Below are positions 1 through 14,800 of a stretch of 64,000 bases of DNA, in pieces (the stretch's first letter is position 1; each line of letters opens with the position of its first letter). The stretch comes from Lama guanicoe (taxonomy: Eukaryota). Where the stretch lies: positions 273,988 to 337,987 of the forward strand of contig MU053588.1 of assembly GCA_013239625.1 (NCBI GenBank). The letters run 5' to 3'. The notes under the pieces are model-generated. The model ran no database searches, had not been told where the DNA came from, and saw only the letters and a list, made by a program, of their open reading frames with translations. The translations under genes and the position numbers were made by a program.

Positions 1-1528
<1,528 letters not shown>

Positions 1529-1759
1529 CTAGTTTCCTATTAAGCAAATTTGAGGTACCTATATCTATTTCCTAAGCTTTATGAAATTCTAGGAAATGAA
1601 ATATGAGTACAGTCAGATACTTAAGAATACAAATAGCTTTGATTTCTTCTAAATGGGATCTCAAAGAAAAAGACAGAAACTGTTAGAAAATAAAACAGGG
1701 AATGCAGAATGTACAAATAAAGTAAGAAGAAATAATGATAGAAAAACAAAAACGGGAAG

Positions 1760-2905
1760 CTAAAAAATCATAAAAGTATTTTACAGGACTCTATTTAAAT
1801 ACACTTTTATAAAATGCGTTGACAAATAATTTTCTGGAAAACGTAAATTACCAAAACTGACTGTAAGATGTAGAAAACAAATATAGACCAATGTCAACAA
1901 AATAAAAGGAAAAATATGAAAAGAAATCCCCTAAAAACAAAACAAATAAGAAAGGCCCAGAGATACTGACTTTGGAATTTAAAGAAACATCTAAGAGACA
2001 TCCATTAATGCAGTGTGAAATGTTACAAAAGGAAAAAAGAGTTACCATTTCTTGCTACGTGAAACAAACAATATTAATAATGATATTATTTATAATTATA
2101 AATGATAAAAATGACAACCAAAAATGCAAACTATACACCAGTTTCATTTATGAGTATCAATGCAAAAATTCTATATATCAAAATGACCCAGAAGAAAAAA
2201 GTGACCCAGAAGAAAAAAGTGACCCAGAAGCACATTAAATATAAGCATATCATACATATGTTGATTTTTTCCAGGAATATAAGTATGCTTCAATATTAGG
2301 AAAATCTATTACTGTAAGTAAATACATTAATAAGTCAAAGGTGAAAAATCAAGTAAATAGTTCCAAAAATATTAAAAAGATAATAAAACTCAACATCTGT
2401 TTTCCATAAAAAAAACTTTATAAAATGGGAATAGACAGACACATATTAGAAAAAGCACAGTACAACTTAACCACTGACAGCGTCCTTAATGGGAAAAATT
2501 CCAAAGCATTCATTAAGTTAAAGACAGGAATAAGAAAAGGAGGAGTGCTGTCACCACTATTATTATAGTACAGGGTAGTGTGTTAAATAAGAGAAAGAAA
2601 CTAGAGGTATAATAATTTGGAAAGGAAAGGTAAAATTAATATTATTTGTCAACACTAAAACTGCTTACTTGCAAAATCAAAAGTCACTTGAAAAATTATA
2701 GAAAGAAATTAAATTCACTGTGTATAGAAAATTAATATTCAGTTTCAATAACCTTCATATATACAAACAACTATTTAGAAAATATAAGAAAAGATTACAC
2801 TTACAATAACAAATATATGAAAAATCTAGGAATAAATTTAATAAGAACTGTCCAAAAATTATTTCAAAACTTTAAAATGCACACAAAGATTTAAAAAAAT
2901 GGAAG
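1760..2905 (+). mobile_element. Ancient LINE-1 (L1M-type) ORF2 remnant, resuming briefly after the LTR at ~3293
   Basis: A-rich degraded ORF2-like motifs (aaattaccaaaactgact; ctaggaataaatttaataag; cataccacattcttgg). Confidence 0.6.
2184..2230 (+). repeat. 18-bp tandem repeat, ~2.6 copies (TGACCCAGAAGAAAAAAG)
   Basis: Read directly; gives DPEEKS x2 in ORF 1972..2238. Confidence 0.9.
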
Positions 2906-3292
2906 TTTTATGGGTTGAATTTTTTGCCCCCCATCAAATATATGTTGACGTCTTAATCCTCAGTACCTCAGACCATGAAGTTATTTGAAAATAAGGTCGT
3001 TGCAGACATAGTACATTAAGATGAGGTCACATGGAGTAGCCCCTAATCTAATATGACTGGTGTTATAAAAAGAATGCCACATGGAGAGACAGAAACACAG
3101 GGAGAACACTACAGATACAGACACAGAGTTGCAGTTATGCTGCCACAAGCCAATGAATGTCTAGGGATAACAGAAGCTGAAAGAGGCAAAGAGCCTTCTC
3201 CTATAGGTTTCAGAGGGAACACAGCCAGCTTACACCTTGATTTTGTATTTCTAGCCTCTATTTTGTTACAGCAGCCCTAGGAAACTACGACA
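2906..3292 (+). mobile_element. MLT1-type (ERVL-MaLR) solo LTR
   Basis: Begins ttatgggttgaat...cctcagtacctcaga and ends ttgttacagcagccctaggaaacta..CA, both typical MLT1 termini. Confidence 0.85.
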
Positions 3293-4831
3293 AAAGGCAT
3301 ACCACATTCTTGGAAAAGAACATCTGACAGCAAAGATGATAGTGATCCACAAATTAATTAACTTAAAGTGGTTTCAATAAAAATGTCTGAAAATACAAGT
3401 AAGTAATAGCTCAAAGGAAAATGATACTATGGGTTTCCAACATAGAGGAAGAAATGGGTAAGAAGAAAAATTACTTTTCAATATATATCCTTTTGTACTT
3501 AAAAAAATTTGAACTATTAGCATGTGTTATGTATTTTAAAAAGTGAAAAAATAAAATTGTTCTGAACAGTAACTAAAATGAGAATAAACAATAGCAAGGT
3601 AAAAACTGGATAAAAGAGTTAGAATATAAAACTGGAAGAGCCCACCTAGCATGAGTGAGTAGGGAGTAAGTATTGAGCAGAGGATAAAACATAGAATGAG
3701 AAATTAAGCTTAAATATGGTCTAATAAAAACATGAATCTATCTCTGATACTACTCAAAACCACACTAATACAAAATAAAGAAAGAAAAAGATATAAACTA
3801 ACAAAGACCACTCTTCCACCCTAGAGAAGATAGAACATCATTCTTTTGAGAAATATGAGCAGAAAGGCTCTAGCATCGCGGACACCAGGGAGAGGGATGC
3901 AGAGATAATGAACTGGCTCCAACACAGAGTAAGTGAAAGTCCCTGTACCATAAGGGGAGACATCCAGTCCCTAGTTGCTGCTTAGCTCCAAGATACGAAA
4001 ATGGAGATTTTTCTCCCTCTCTGCCAGACTGAGAATAAAGTAAAGGAAAAAGTCTTGTGAAGCTGTAATGCAGGTAAAGTTAAGAGACTTGGTCGCAGAT
4101 TATAAATGTAGAAAAGGAGGCAGAATACAAAGCTTAAGCTTTTGAGTTATCTCAGTTCAAGGAAAAGGAAGTTCAATAAAGTAAAAGATGTGGAGGGAGA
4201 GGGTACGATCAGGTCTTTAAGGTACTATCCAAGCAGACGTGAGGCAAGGACAAGATCAAAATATCAAATGTGATAAAAACACTCCATGTTTTAAGATGGT
4301 GGAATGAAAAAGTATCTGATCTCTTTTCTAGTTTACAAACAAGAATGAACAGTCATTGATTCTTCAGTGATCCTAGGAGGTAGCTGTAACCCCAAGTAGA
4401 ATAAATGAATTACTGCTGACACACATAGTGAAGGGTGGAACAGGGGAAGAAATATTCTAAGAGAAGACAGCTGCTCTTGCTGATCCTGGACAGAGCCAGC
4501 AGCTGACAAAGTCAAAATGGATATTACACCTTGAAGTGCCAAATTAAGTAACCCGTGATTACAACATGGAAATTTGGGCGTGTAGGCTGATAACAGGAGA
4601 CTTGTTATCTCAAGGTATCTTAAGGAAGCCAGAACCAAACAAGGAAATACTCTGAAATACTATCTTTTTTAGGAAGAAGTCTGTTGGGGTGAGAGTGTAA
4701 GATTCAGAGTATGAGAAGACTTGCAGCTGCAGTTCCTTTTTGGATGAGAAGAAATAAAGCCTAAACATACATTCACACAACCACATAGAATAAAAGGCTT
4801 CAGTATGAAGCACAGATGCATTGCTACCCGT

Positions 4832-5184
4832 CAAGAGTTGGCAAACTTTTTTTTAAGGTCAGATAGTAAATATTTTAGGCTTTGTGGGTCCTATAGTCTT
4901 TGACACAACTATTCAACTTTGCCTTTGTTAATCTGAAAGTATTAGATGTCAAGATGTAAATGTTGGGTATAGCTCATTGGTAGAGTGCATGCTTAGCATG
5001 TACAAGGTCCTGGGTTCAATCCCCTGCACCACCATTAAAACAAAACAAAAAAAGTTAAAAAAAAAAAAAAAGTAAACTGACAGTTAAAAAAAAAAAGATG
5101 TAAATGACTGAGTGTGGCTGTGTTGCAAAACTTTATTTACAAAAACAAGTGGCTGACCTACAGGTCATAGTTTACGAATCCCTG
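4832..5184 (-). mobile_element. MER58A-like hAT-Charlie MITE, interrupted by a SINE
   Basis: ttggcaaac...agatagtaaatattttaggctttgtggg...gtgtggctgtgtt...aactttatttacaaaaac...catagttt..cctg; degenerate TIRs. Confidence 0.85.
4963..5094 (+). mobile_element. tRNA-Ala-derived SINE (Vic-1-like)
   Basis: A/B boxes (tagctcattgg; gggttcaatccc), AGC anticodon loop cttagcat, A-rich tail, perfect 12-bp TSD AAGATGTAAATG (4951-4962 / 5095-5106). Confidence 0.88.
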
Positions 5185-5890
5185 CTTTAGATCAGAGCAC
5201 TCCTTCTCCTTCCCCAATATTATCTTTCTTAAAAAAATCAGGTCAAGGAAGAACTATCCTCACTCAAAACTGAGAAGGTGCTGGAATCAGATCTCTAAAA
5301 AAGTTACAAGAGAAAAAAGAAAAGAAACATGATACAAAGAAAGCAAACCAAAAATACAAGCTAAAGCAATTATGAGACATAGTAAATGAATACCCTGACT
5401 AAAGGTATTGCCATGAATGAATAAACTTAATGAAAATACTAGCTGTGAATCAAGAGCTCAAAATAGAAATATAAATCCATGAAGAAGAAACAATGAGAAA
5501 ACAAAAAAGCTAAAAAATTAACTAGCAGAACCAAGAAAAGAGATGATAGAGAAAAATAAAACAACCCAAAACAAGGAACACCATGCAAAATGGGGGAAAA
5601 AGAGAGAGAAAGAAAGACAGAGAGAGAGAGAGAGAGGTATTAATTACATAAGGACTTTGAGTATTAAAATTATAGTAGGGTAACCTCATATCGCAAAACA
5701 AGATTAATGGATAAAGCAGAAATTCTAATGCATCACTGGGCTTATCGGAAGTAGCATAAATCTCCAAGAACACCACAATACTCTCCACCAATCACACCCC
5801 AGCAGCATACACAAAAAAATGACCAAAACAAAAACAAAACAACTAATAGCCAAAACCAGGTCTGAGAGAAAGAATTAGAAAGCAACATGG

Positions 5891-6184
5891 CTACAAAACA
5901 GAAACAGACTCACAGACATAGTAAACAAATTTAAGGCTACTGGGGGAAAAGTGGGTGGGAAGGGATAAATTGGGAGTTTGAAATTTGCAAATACTGGCTA
6001 CTATACATAAAATAGATAAAAAACCAAATTTTTTCTGTATAGCACAAGGAACCATATTCAAGATCTTGTAGTAATGTATAACAAAAAAGACTATGAAAAA
6101 GAATATATATGTATGACTGAAACATCATGCTGTATACCAGAAATGAACACACTGTAACTGATGATACTTCAATTGAAAAAAAAA
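5891..6184 (+). mobile_element. 5'-truncated LINE-1 3'UTR
   Basis: aaaacagaaacagactcacagacata...ctgtatagcac...poly(A); TSD AGAAAGCAAC(A/C)TGG at 5877-5890 / 6185-6198. Confidence 0.9.
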
Positions 6185-7060
6185 AGAAAGCAACCTGGAC
6201 AATAGATCTGACTTGAGTACTTAGGGAAACAATAGCCCTGTTAACTAAAGTGTAAGACCCTTGAGCCATCAATAAAGCTCAACTGACATTCCTACAAAAA
6301 GCTAGGACCTTCAGAGAACGTTCAGCTGATACTCTTGGCAATGCCTCTTGGAACCCACCAGAAACACATGCAAATCATCTTCAGAAGAAAGCAACCCCCA
6401 ATTTAGGACAATAAGATTATCGCAAATTAAGATTTAAAAAATTCAAACTCAGAATCAGCAATCATCAAGCATGTGAAGAAGCAAGTACATTAAGTGAGTC
6501 ATCAAAAAGAAGATATTCAAACCTGAGGACTTAAGACACTGTAACTGTCAGATACAGGATATAAAAGAGCAGTATTTTTAAAGAAATAAAGGATAAAAAC
6601 ACAAAGCCGAAGAAGTCACAGAAATTATTAACAAAGGCCAGAAAGACATAAAAAGAAAACAACATCAAAAATGAAAAACAAAAAATTTTAAAAATAAAAG
6701 ATGCTCCTAAAATTTTCTAAAAAACATGGATGAGTGTAAAAGAGGAATAAATACAACTGAAAAGAGAATTAGTACTGGAAGATTTATCTGAAGCAATCAC
6801 TCTGAAAGCAACACAGAGTACAGAGGTAGAAAATAGCAAAGGAAATTAAAAAATATTGAGGAAAAAATAAAAAGCATCTATCTAATAGGAGTCTCAGAAG
6901 TAGAGTGTTAAGCCAGTGAAGGAGAGCCAATATCTGATGATGCTGGGAATGTTTCAGAATTAACGGAAGACATAAGGAAGAAGACAATACTATGAGTAAT
7001 TTTATACAAACAGATTTGAAAATAGATGAAACAAACTGTTAAATATAACAGATGACCCTG

Positions 7061-7213
7061 TGGGGAGAGTAGAGCTTAGTGACAGAGTGCATGCTTAGCA
7101 TGCACGTGGTCCTGGGTTCAATCTCTAGTACCTCCATTAAAAAAATAAAATAAAATAAAAATAAACACCTAATTACCTACCCCCTACAAAAACAAAAAAT
7201 AAAAACAAAAGAA
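7061..7213 (+). mobile_element. tRNA-Ala-derived SINE (Vic-1-like)
   Basis: gagtgcatgcttagcatgcac..gtcctgggttcaatc..tacctccatt, then (A)-rich, cctaattacc and tail; TSD core ATAACAGATG at 7045-7054 / 7214-7223. Confidence 0.88.
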
Positions 7214-7510
7214 ATAACAGATGGTCCAGGAACATCAATATATAGTAAACTTTTCAGAATACAGAGGAAATTTAAATATACATGGCGATCACCTTTTTCA
7301 ACTCTGTGAAAACCAGGATTAAATGCATAACTTTCTGGAAAATTACAACATATTATCAAAAACTATTGCCAAGAGAGACATAACCACCTACATAGAAAAG
7401 TTAGAAAAGTAAAAATGGGAAAAAGCTGTCAAAGAAACTTCCCTCAAAAATCCACAGGGTCCAAATAATCCACAAAATCCATAACTTCAACAGGTAAGAT
7501 AAAACAAATT

Positions 7511-7676
7511 TTTTTGACTTTTTTGTATGTTTGTTTGTTTTACTATTCATATTACTTTATTTGGGGGGGGTAATTAGGTTTATTTATTTATTTTTAATGG
7601 AGGTACCAGGGACTGAATCCAGGACCTCATGCATGCTAAGCACACACTCTTACCACCAACCTGTACGCTGGCCCCC
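7511..7676 (-). mobile_element. tRNA-Ala-derived SINE (Vic-1-like)
   Basis: Reverse complement of the same family: ggtaattaggtttatttattt...aatggaggtaccagggactgaatccaggacctcatgcatgctaagc. Confidence 0.87.
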
Positions 7677-8324
7677 TTAAACAAAAATCTTAAGGGAGTT
7701 TTATGCCAATGTTATATAAATGTTCTAGAACAGGAAGGAAACCTTCCAAATATTATTTATGAAACCAGTGTAACACTGACTTGAAAGGCTGAGTTAGAAT
7801 AATAATTTAAATTCAGAGCAAAAATGAGGATGAGGCATTAATAAATATGTAAATAATATTGAACCATATACCTAAAAGGAAAAAAACCATATGATAATCT
7901 CCTATAAGAAAAGATTGTTATTTTGATTCTATGAACTCTAAACTCAAGTTGCAAAAAGTACTTCAAAAAGCAATGACAACAGGAGGAAAAAAACTAGAAA
8001 AAGATGAGAGAGAAAGGGTTGATCACTTTAACATGTTAAGGGTTCATACAAATTAAGAATTCAATAGAAAAAAGAGCATGAAACCCAAACTGTTCATAAG
8101 AAAGAAATATAGATAGATTTTAAACATATGAAAAGATGCTTGTCTTCACTTATAATAAAGGAAATTCAAATTCAGACCATAGTAAGTTATTTTTCACTTA
8201 TCAAATTGGCAAAGATTTAAGAAGTGCTAATAAACTATGTTGCAGAAATTGTTAGTAGAAATATAAATTGTTATAATCTCTTTGAAGGGGAAAAAAGACA
8301 CTGCAATATCTATCAAATTAGAAA

Positions 8325-8442
8325 TATATGTTTGTATGTGTATGCATGTATATGTATATATGTGTGTGCATCTATATGTATGCATATATATTTACATATG
8401 TATACACCTATGTCACACACAAACAAGCACATGTATATATAC
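8325..8442. repeat. Degenerate (TA/TG/CA)n low-complexity tract
   Basis: tatatgtttgtatgtgtatgcatgtatatgtatata... Confidence 0.75.
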
Positions 8443-8877
8443 CTGACAAGTGTAGCAGAAAATGAGAGGTAGCAGAAAATCAGCACTGACTTTCAATTAC
8501 AGTTCTATGAATATCTGAACACAAAAGGAAAGGATCCAATGTAAAACAGTGAGCAGAAAACACTGAAGATGCTAATACTAGAATGATTATCAAAGTAAAA
8601 CTGGAATGAATTAGGAAATGTTGATATCTAGCACACAGGTAAGAAAGCTAACTGGTCTTTCAGGTTCTGAGAAAAGAAGCTTTGAGGAAAGAATTTAAGA
8701 AAGTTATCTAGAAGTGACATTGTAGGTATATAAAGAATTCACACCAATTGTCATTATAAAATTGTACAGCCTTAAAAAAAATACCACTGAAGAACATTTA
8801 AGGGGGATCAACAACTTACAGATTAACCATTAAAGGGTTCTGGCCCCTACTCATCTGTATGGTTCCCTCCCACTAAC

Positions 8878-8973
8878 CTGGACAATGTCTCTTTAACACT
8901 TCTTCCTCCACCACCCATGGTTCTTCTTCTTGCTCCAACTTGAAAATCACATCAGGTTTGGTGAATGGACATC
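8878..8973 (-). CDS. ZNF569: ZNF569 KRAB-B exon (96 bp)
   Basis: ttgacag|GA TGT CCA TTC ACC AAA CCT GAT GTG...; translates (G)CPFTKPDVIFKLEQEEEPWVVEEEVLKRHCP(G); donor gttagt; canonical 96 bp with phase compatible on both sides. Confidence 0.95.
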
Positions 8974-9029
8974 CTGTCAAAGGGAAGTGACATTAAGATC
9001 TGGGCATAAATACTAGGAACAAAGAATCA

Positions 9030-9512
<483 letters not shown>

Positions 9513-9869
9513 CTATAAAATAAATTTTACCTGGTTTTGTTACTGTCTTAACAAAAAAACATAATAGCAGCCTGTCAGTTTATGTTCATTCATTTAGTAA
9601 GCACATATCTTTAATACTGTGAGTTAAAGGGATCTTGGGTACCAATTTATACTGAATATAAAAAATGGGGGAAACAAAAGGAAGGCTCTCAGCAACCCGC
9701 CTAGTGTGTTGCTGGATTGGGAGAAGTCATACAATCTTAAGAATCCTGCCATAAGAGGGAGAGAGTAGAGTAGAGCAGGTTTATCCATAGAAGTTCTGAG
9801 AAGGTCTCAGAATCCATAGGGCTGATGGAAGATACTTTTCTCCTGAGGCAGTAAGCAAGGACTGGAGGA

Positions 9870-12800
9870 GGTGAATGCAGGTGAAGACAGCAATGCAAAA
9901 CTTCAAGAAACATGAATAATCAAGGAAACATGATAGCACAAGAGGATCACAATAATCTTCCATAGCTGATCCAAAAGACATGGAGATTTTCAAGACATTC
10001 AATAAAGAATTCAAAATAGTTGTTTTAAGGATAATCAATGAACTACAAGAAAACAGAAATATAATTCAATCAAACTAAGAAAAATAATACACAAACAAAA
10101 TGAAATGTTTAACAAAGAGATAGAAATTATAAAAAAGAATCAAAGAAAAATTCTGGGAAAAAAAAAGAAACAGCGTGGTAAATGTTAACTCTAACTTTGA
10201 TGAAAATAAAGAATTACTGTTAAATTTTTTTAAAAAAAGAAATTCTGGAGCTGAAGAACACAGTGAATGAAATAAAAAATGCAAAAGAGAACATCAATAG
10301 GAGAATAGATCAAGCAGAAGAAAGAACCTCTGACTTAAAAGATCAGAATTTTGAATTATCCAGTCAAAGGAGAAGAAAGAATGAAAGAGTGAAGAAACCA
10401 TACATGAATTATGGGGTTCCATGACTTTAAAGAATATTCACATTCTGGGAGTCTCAAAATGTGAATAGAGAGAGAACAGAGGCACAAACTGTATTCAAAG
10501 AAGTAAAAGCTGAGGACTTCCCAAATCTGGAGAGAGATTTGGATACCCAAGTTCATGAAGCTCACAGGTCACCAAACTAAATATAAAGAGATCCTCTGCA
10601 AGACACTTTATAATGTCAAAAATTAAAGCAAAGAAAGAATCTTAAAATTAGCAAGAAAAAAGCAGAAAATCCCCATTAGACTCAGTATGGATTTTTTAGC
10701 AGAAACTTTCTAAGCCAGGGGAGAATGGGATGATATATTCAAAGTATTGAAAGGAAAAAACTCTACAAAACATGAACACCCTATCCACCAAAGATGTCTG
10801 GAGAGATAAAGACTTTTTAAACACACACTGAGGATGTTCATCACTAGACCTACCTTACAAGAAATGCTAAACAGAGTTCGTCAAGCTAAAATGAAAGGGT
10901 GCTAATTAATAGCATGAGAACATATAAAAATATATAACACACTGATCAAGGCACATATAGAGTCAAATTCCAAAATCTCTAATACTGTAATATGGAGGTG
11001 TATTAACCACTTAACTCTAGTATAAAGGTTAAATGACGAGAGTATTAAAAACTACAACTACAGTAATTTGTTAATGAAAACACAATTAAAAAGAGGTAAA
11101 TTATGACAACTAAAATGTAAAAATGGGGGAGGAGGAGTAAAAGGGTTGAGTTTTTCCATGCAGTCAAAGTTAAGTGATTATCAACATAACACAGGCTTAT
11201 CTACAAGATGTTTTATTTAAGATTCATGGTAACCACAAAATGGAACCTATAATAGATTCACAAACAAAAAAAAGAAGGGAATGGAAGCACACCACTATGG
11301 AAAATCATCAATTCACAAAGGAAGGCAGCAAGAGAAAGAAAAGTAAAAGGGAACTCCAATAAACCAGAAAAAAGTTACTAAGATGTCATAATAAGGCCTT
11401 ACCTATCAATATTTAAATCCTCCAATCAAAAGGCACAGAGTGGCTGGATGGATTTGAAAAAAAAAATAACCATATGCTGCCTAAAAGGGACTCAATTCCA
11501 CTTTAAGAACATACATAGTCTCAAAGGGAAGGAATAGCAAAAGATATTCATGCAAGTGGAAACCAAGAGACACCAGGATTAGCTATATTCATATCAGATG
11601 AAATACTTTAAATCAAAAACTATAACAAGAGACAAAGAAAGGTGTTACATAATGATAAAGGGGACAATTTATCAAGAAGATATAACAATCATATATGTAC
11701 TCAACATGAGAGTGCTTAAATATATTAAGTAAATACTAACGATCTAAAGGGAGAAATAGACAGGAATGCAATAATAGTAGGGGATTTCAATACTCCACTT
11801 TTAACCATGGATAGATCATCCAAACAGAAAGTCAAACAGGGAAATGTTAGATTTGAACTACATTTTAGATCGTATGGCCCTAACAGACATCTACAGAATA
11901 AAGCACCCAAAAGCAGCAGTATACTCTTCTCAAGTATACAAAGAACATTCCTTAGGATAGATCATATGATAGGACACAAGAAAAGTCAGTTCATACCAAG
12001 TGTAATTTCTGACCACAATGGAATAAAACTAGAAATCAATAAAAGGAGCAAAGCTGGAAAATTCTCAAATATAAGGAAATTAAACAACAAACTCCTGAAG
12101 AACCACTGAGTCAAAGAAGAAATCACAAAGGAAATCAAAATATATCTTGAAACAAATGAAAATAGAAACACAACAAATCAAAACACACAGATGTAGCAAA
12201 AGTAGTTACAAGAGTGATGAATGCCTATATTAAGAAAAAAGAAAGCTCTCAAATAAACCATCTAATTTTACACTTAAGAAACTAGAAAAACAAGAATAAA
12301 ACTAAGCCCGAAGTTAACAGAAGGAAGGAAATAATAAAGATCACAGCAGAAATAAGTGATATAGACCAGAAAAACAACAGAGAAGACCAATGAAATAAGA
12401 CCTGATTTGGGGAAGGGGAAAAAAAAAAAAACCCACACACAAACCAAAAAGCAAAACAAACCCAGAAACAAAATTGACAAACCTTTAGCTCTACAAATAA
12501 AAAAAGTGAGAAGAGTCAAACAGAATCATAAATGAAAGAGATACTACAACTGATATCACAGATACAAAGGAGAGACTACTATGAACTATGCTAATAAAGT
12601 GGATAACCTAGAAGAAAAGGATAAATCCTACCAAGACTGAATCATGAAGAAACAGAAAAGCAGATCAGACCAATATGAGTAAGGAGACTGAATTAGTAAT
12701 CAAAATTTTCCAATAAAGAAAATCCTCCTCTCCCTCCAAAAAAAAAGAAAAGCCCAAGACTAGATGGCTTCCCTGGTGAATTCTGCCAAATATTTAAAAA

Positions 12801-13331
12801 TGAATTGATGCCAATCTTTCTCAAATTAAAAAAAAAACAAAACACTGAAGTGGAGGGAACACTCCCAAGCTCATTTTTACAAGGCCAACATTACCCTGCT
12901 ACCAAAGCCAGACAAGGACACTACAAAAAAAGAAATCTAAAAAAACCAGTTATCTCTAATGAATACAGATGCAAAAATTTTCAACAAAGTATTAGCAAAC
13001 CAAATCCAACAAAACATTAAAAAAAATCATACATCATGATCAAGTTGGATTCATCCCAGGGTCACAAAGATGGTACAACATATGCAAATCAATCAATGTG
13101 ATACACCACAGCAATAAAAGAAAAGACAAAAACACACGATCATCTCAATAGATGCAGAAAAAGCATTTGATAACATTCAACAACCATTTATCATAGAAAC
13201 TCTTACCAAAGTGAAGAACACTCTAATTTGAAAAGATACATGCACCCCGATGTTCATAGCAGCACTATTTACAATAACCACGACATGAAAGCAACCTAAA
13301 TGCCCACTGACAGATGACTGGATAAAGAAGA

Positions 13332-13386
<55 letters not shown>

Positions 13387-13838
13387 TGGACACACAATGG
13401 AATATTACTCAACCCTAAAAAGAATGAAATATTGCCATTTGCAGCAACAAGGACAGACCTTGAGAATACTAAGTGAAGTAAGTCAGACAGAGAAAGACAA
13501 ATATTATATGGTATCACTTATATGTGGAATCTAAAAAATAATACAAATGAATCTATACACAAAACAGAACCAGACTTATGGACATAGAAAACAAACTTAC
13601 AGTTACCAAAGAGGGGATGGAGAAGGGGAGGGACAAATTAGGAGTATGGGATTAACTCATACAGACTACTATGCATAAAATAGATAAGCAACAAGGGTTT
13701 CTAGTATAGCACAGGGAATTATATTCAATATCTTGTAATAACCTATAGTGAACAATAATCTGAAAAAAAATATGAATCACTTTGCTGTACACCTGAAACC
13801 AACACAATATTGTAAATCAACTATACTTCAATAAAAAA
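9870..13838 (+). mobile_element. Degraded LINE-1: ORF1, inter-ORF spacer, 5' half of ORF2, then a jump to ORF2 end and 3'UTR
   Basis: ORF1-like text from ~9900; EN-domain remnant in ORF 11807..12109 (RIDHMIGHK..SDHNGIKLEIN); RT-proximal remnant at ~13030-13210; junction at ~13213 to ctctaatttgaaaagatacatgcacc; 3'UTR and AATAAA at ~13830. Confidence 0.88.
13332..13381. repeat. Compound microsatellite (TG)11(TA)14
   Basis: Read directly, inside the L1 3' region. Confidence 0.92.
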
Positions 13839-13839
13839 T

Positions 13840-14800
13840 GTATCACTTTCATTAACCAAATTAATTCAAAAAGAAGAAAAATTATTTGATCAAGATCATA
13901 TACATAAGAAAATTATTTGACACAACTAATACCAATTCATAACAGACCCTCTTAGCAGGCTAGGAATAAAAGGAAATCTCTTTTATTTGAAAGCATATTA
14001 ACAAAAAACTCACAAAATAATCATACTTAGTGGAGAATCATTCAAGGTATTACTCCTAAGACTAAGAACGAAACAGAGATGACTGCCACTATATTTACTC
14101 AGCATTACACTGAACATTTAGAACTTGAAATAATGCAAGAATAAAAGCAGCCATGGGAATTCAAAATGATGAAAACCGTATTTGCAGTTGATATATTTGT
14201 AAACATAATGCAATTCAATTCAAAACAAAAATCTCAGTAGTTTTAATTGTAGAAATTGACTAATTCTAAAATTTATAAGGAAATACAATTCACCATAAAG
14301 AGCTACAGCAATGTTGAAAAAGAACAAAGGTGGAGGATTTGTTTTCATTATCAAATACCAAGATTTATTATAATAAAGACAGGGTGATTAAGATAGAGTG
14401 CTACTGACAAGGAAAAACAAAACAAAGGAAAAAGACAAAGTCAGAAACACATATTCACATGAATATGTCTTGAAAACAATATGGAGTAAAGAAAAGTGAG
14501 TTGCAGAACTGTCAGTCCATTATGTTTCCAGTTACTTAGAAATCTAAAACACAGAGCAACATTATATAATATGTATATACACAAATTGCTGTGGTAAAAA
14601 TATAAAACCATGGACTCTATTGATATACATAACATTCATGGGAGTGATTGCCTCTGGGGACAGAGTATCTGTAATCTAATTATTTATTGAAAAACAATCT
14701 CAAAGCAAAAATGACAAAATATTAAAATATGCTAATTCCAGGTACTGGGTATGTGGTTGTTTATTCTATTCCCTCTCTGTTCTTAGATTTTAAAATAATA
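13840..14800 (+). mobile_element. Ancient L1ME-type fragments
   Basis: Highly degraded ORF2-like (ctaggaataaaaggaaat, atcatacttagtggagaa) and 3'UTR-like text. Confidence 0.55.

Noticed and set aside
2184..2230. 18-bp repeat as a coding (DPEEKS) or array-like element
   Set aside because: Lies in a degraded intronic L1 with no spacers or splice context; ordinary small tandem repeat.
4963..5035. Functional tRNA-Ala genes (also at 7061, 7600 and 21983)
   Set aside because: Stem-disrupting substitutions, A-rich tails and TSDs indicate SINE or retrocopy origin.
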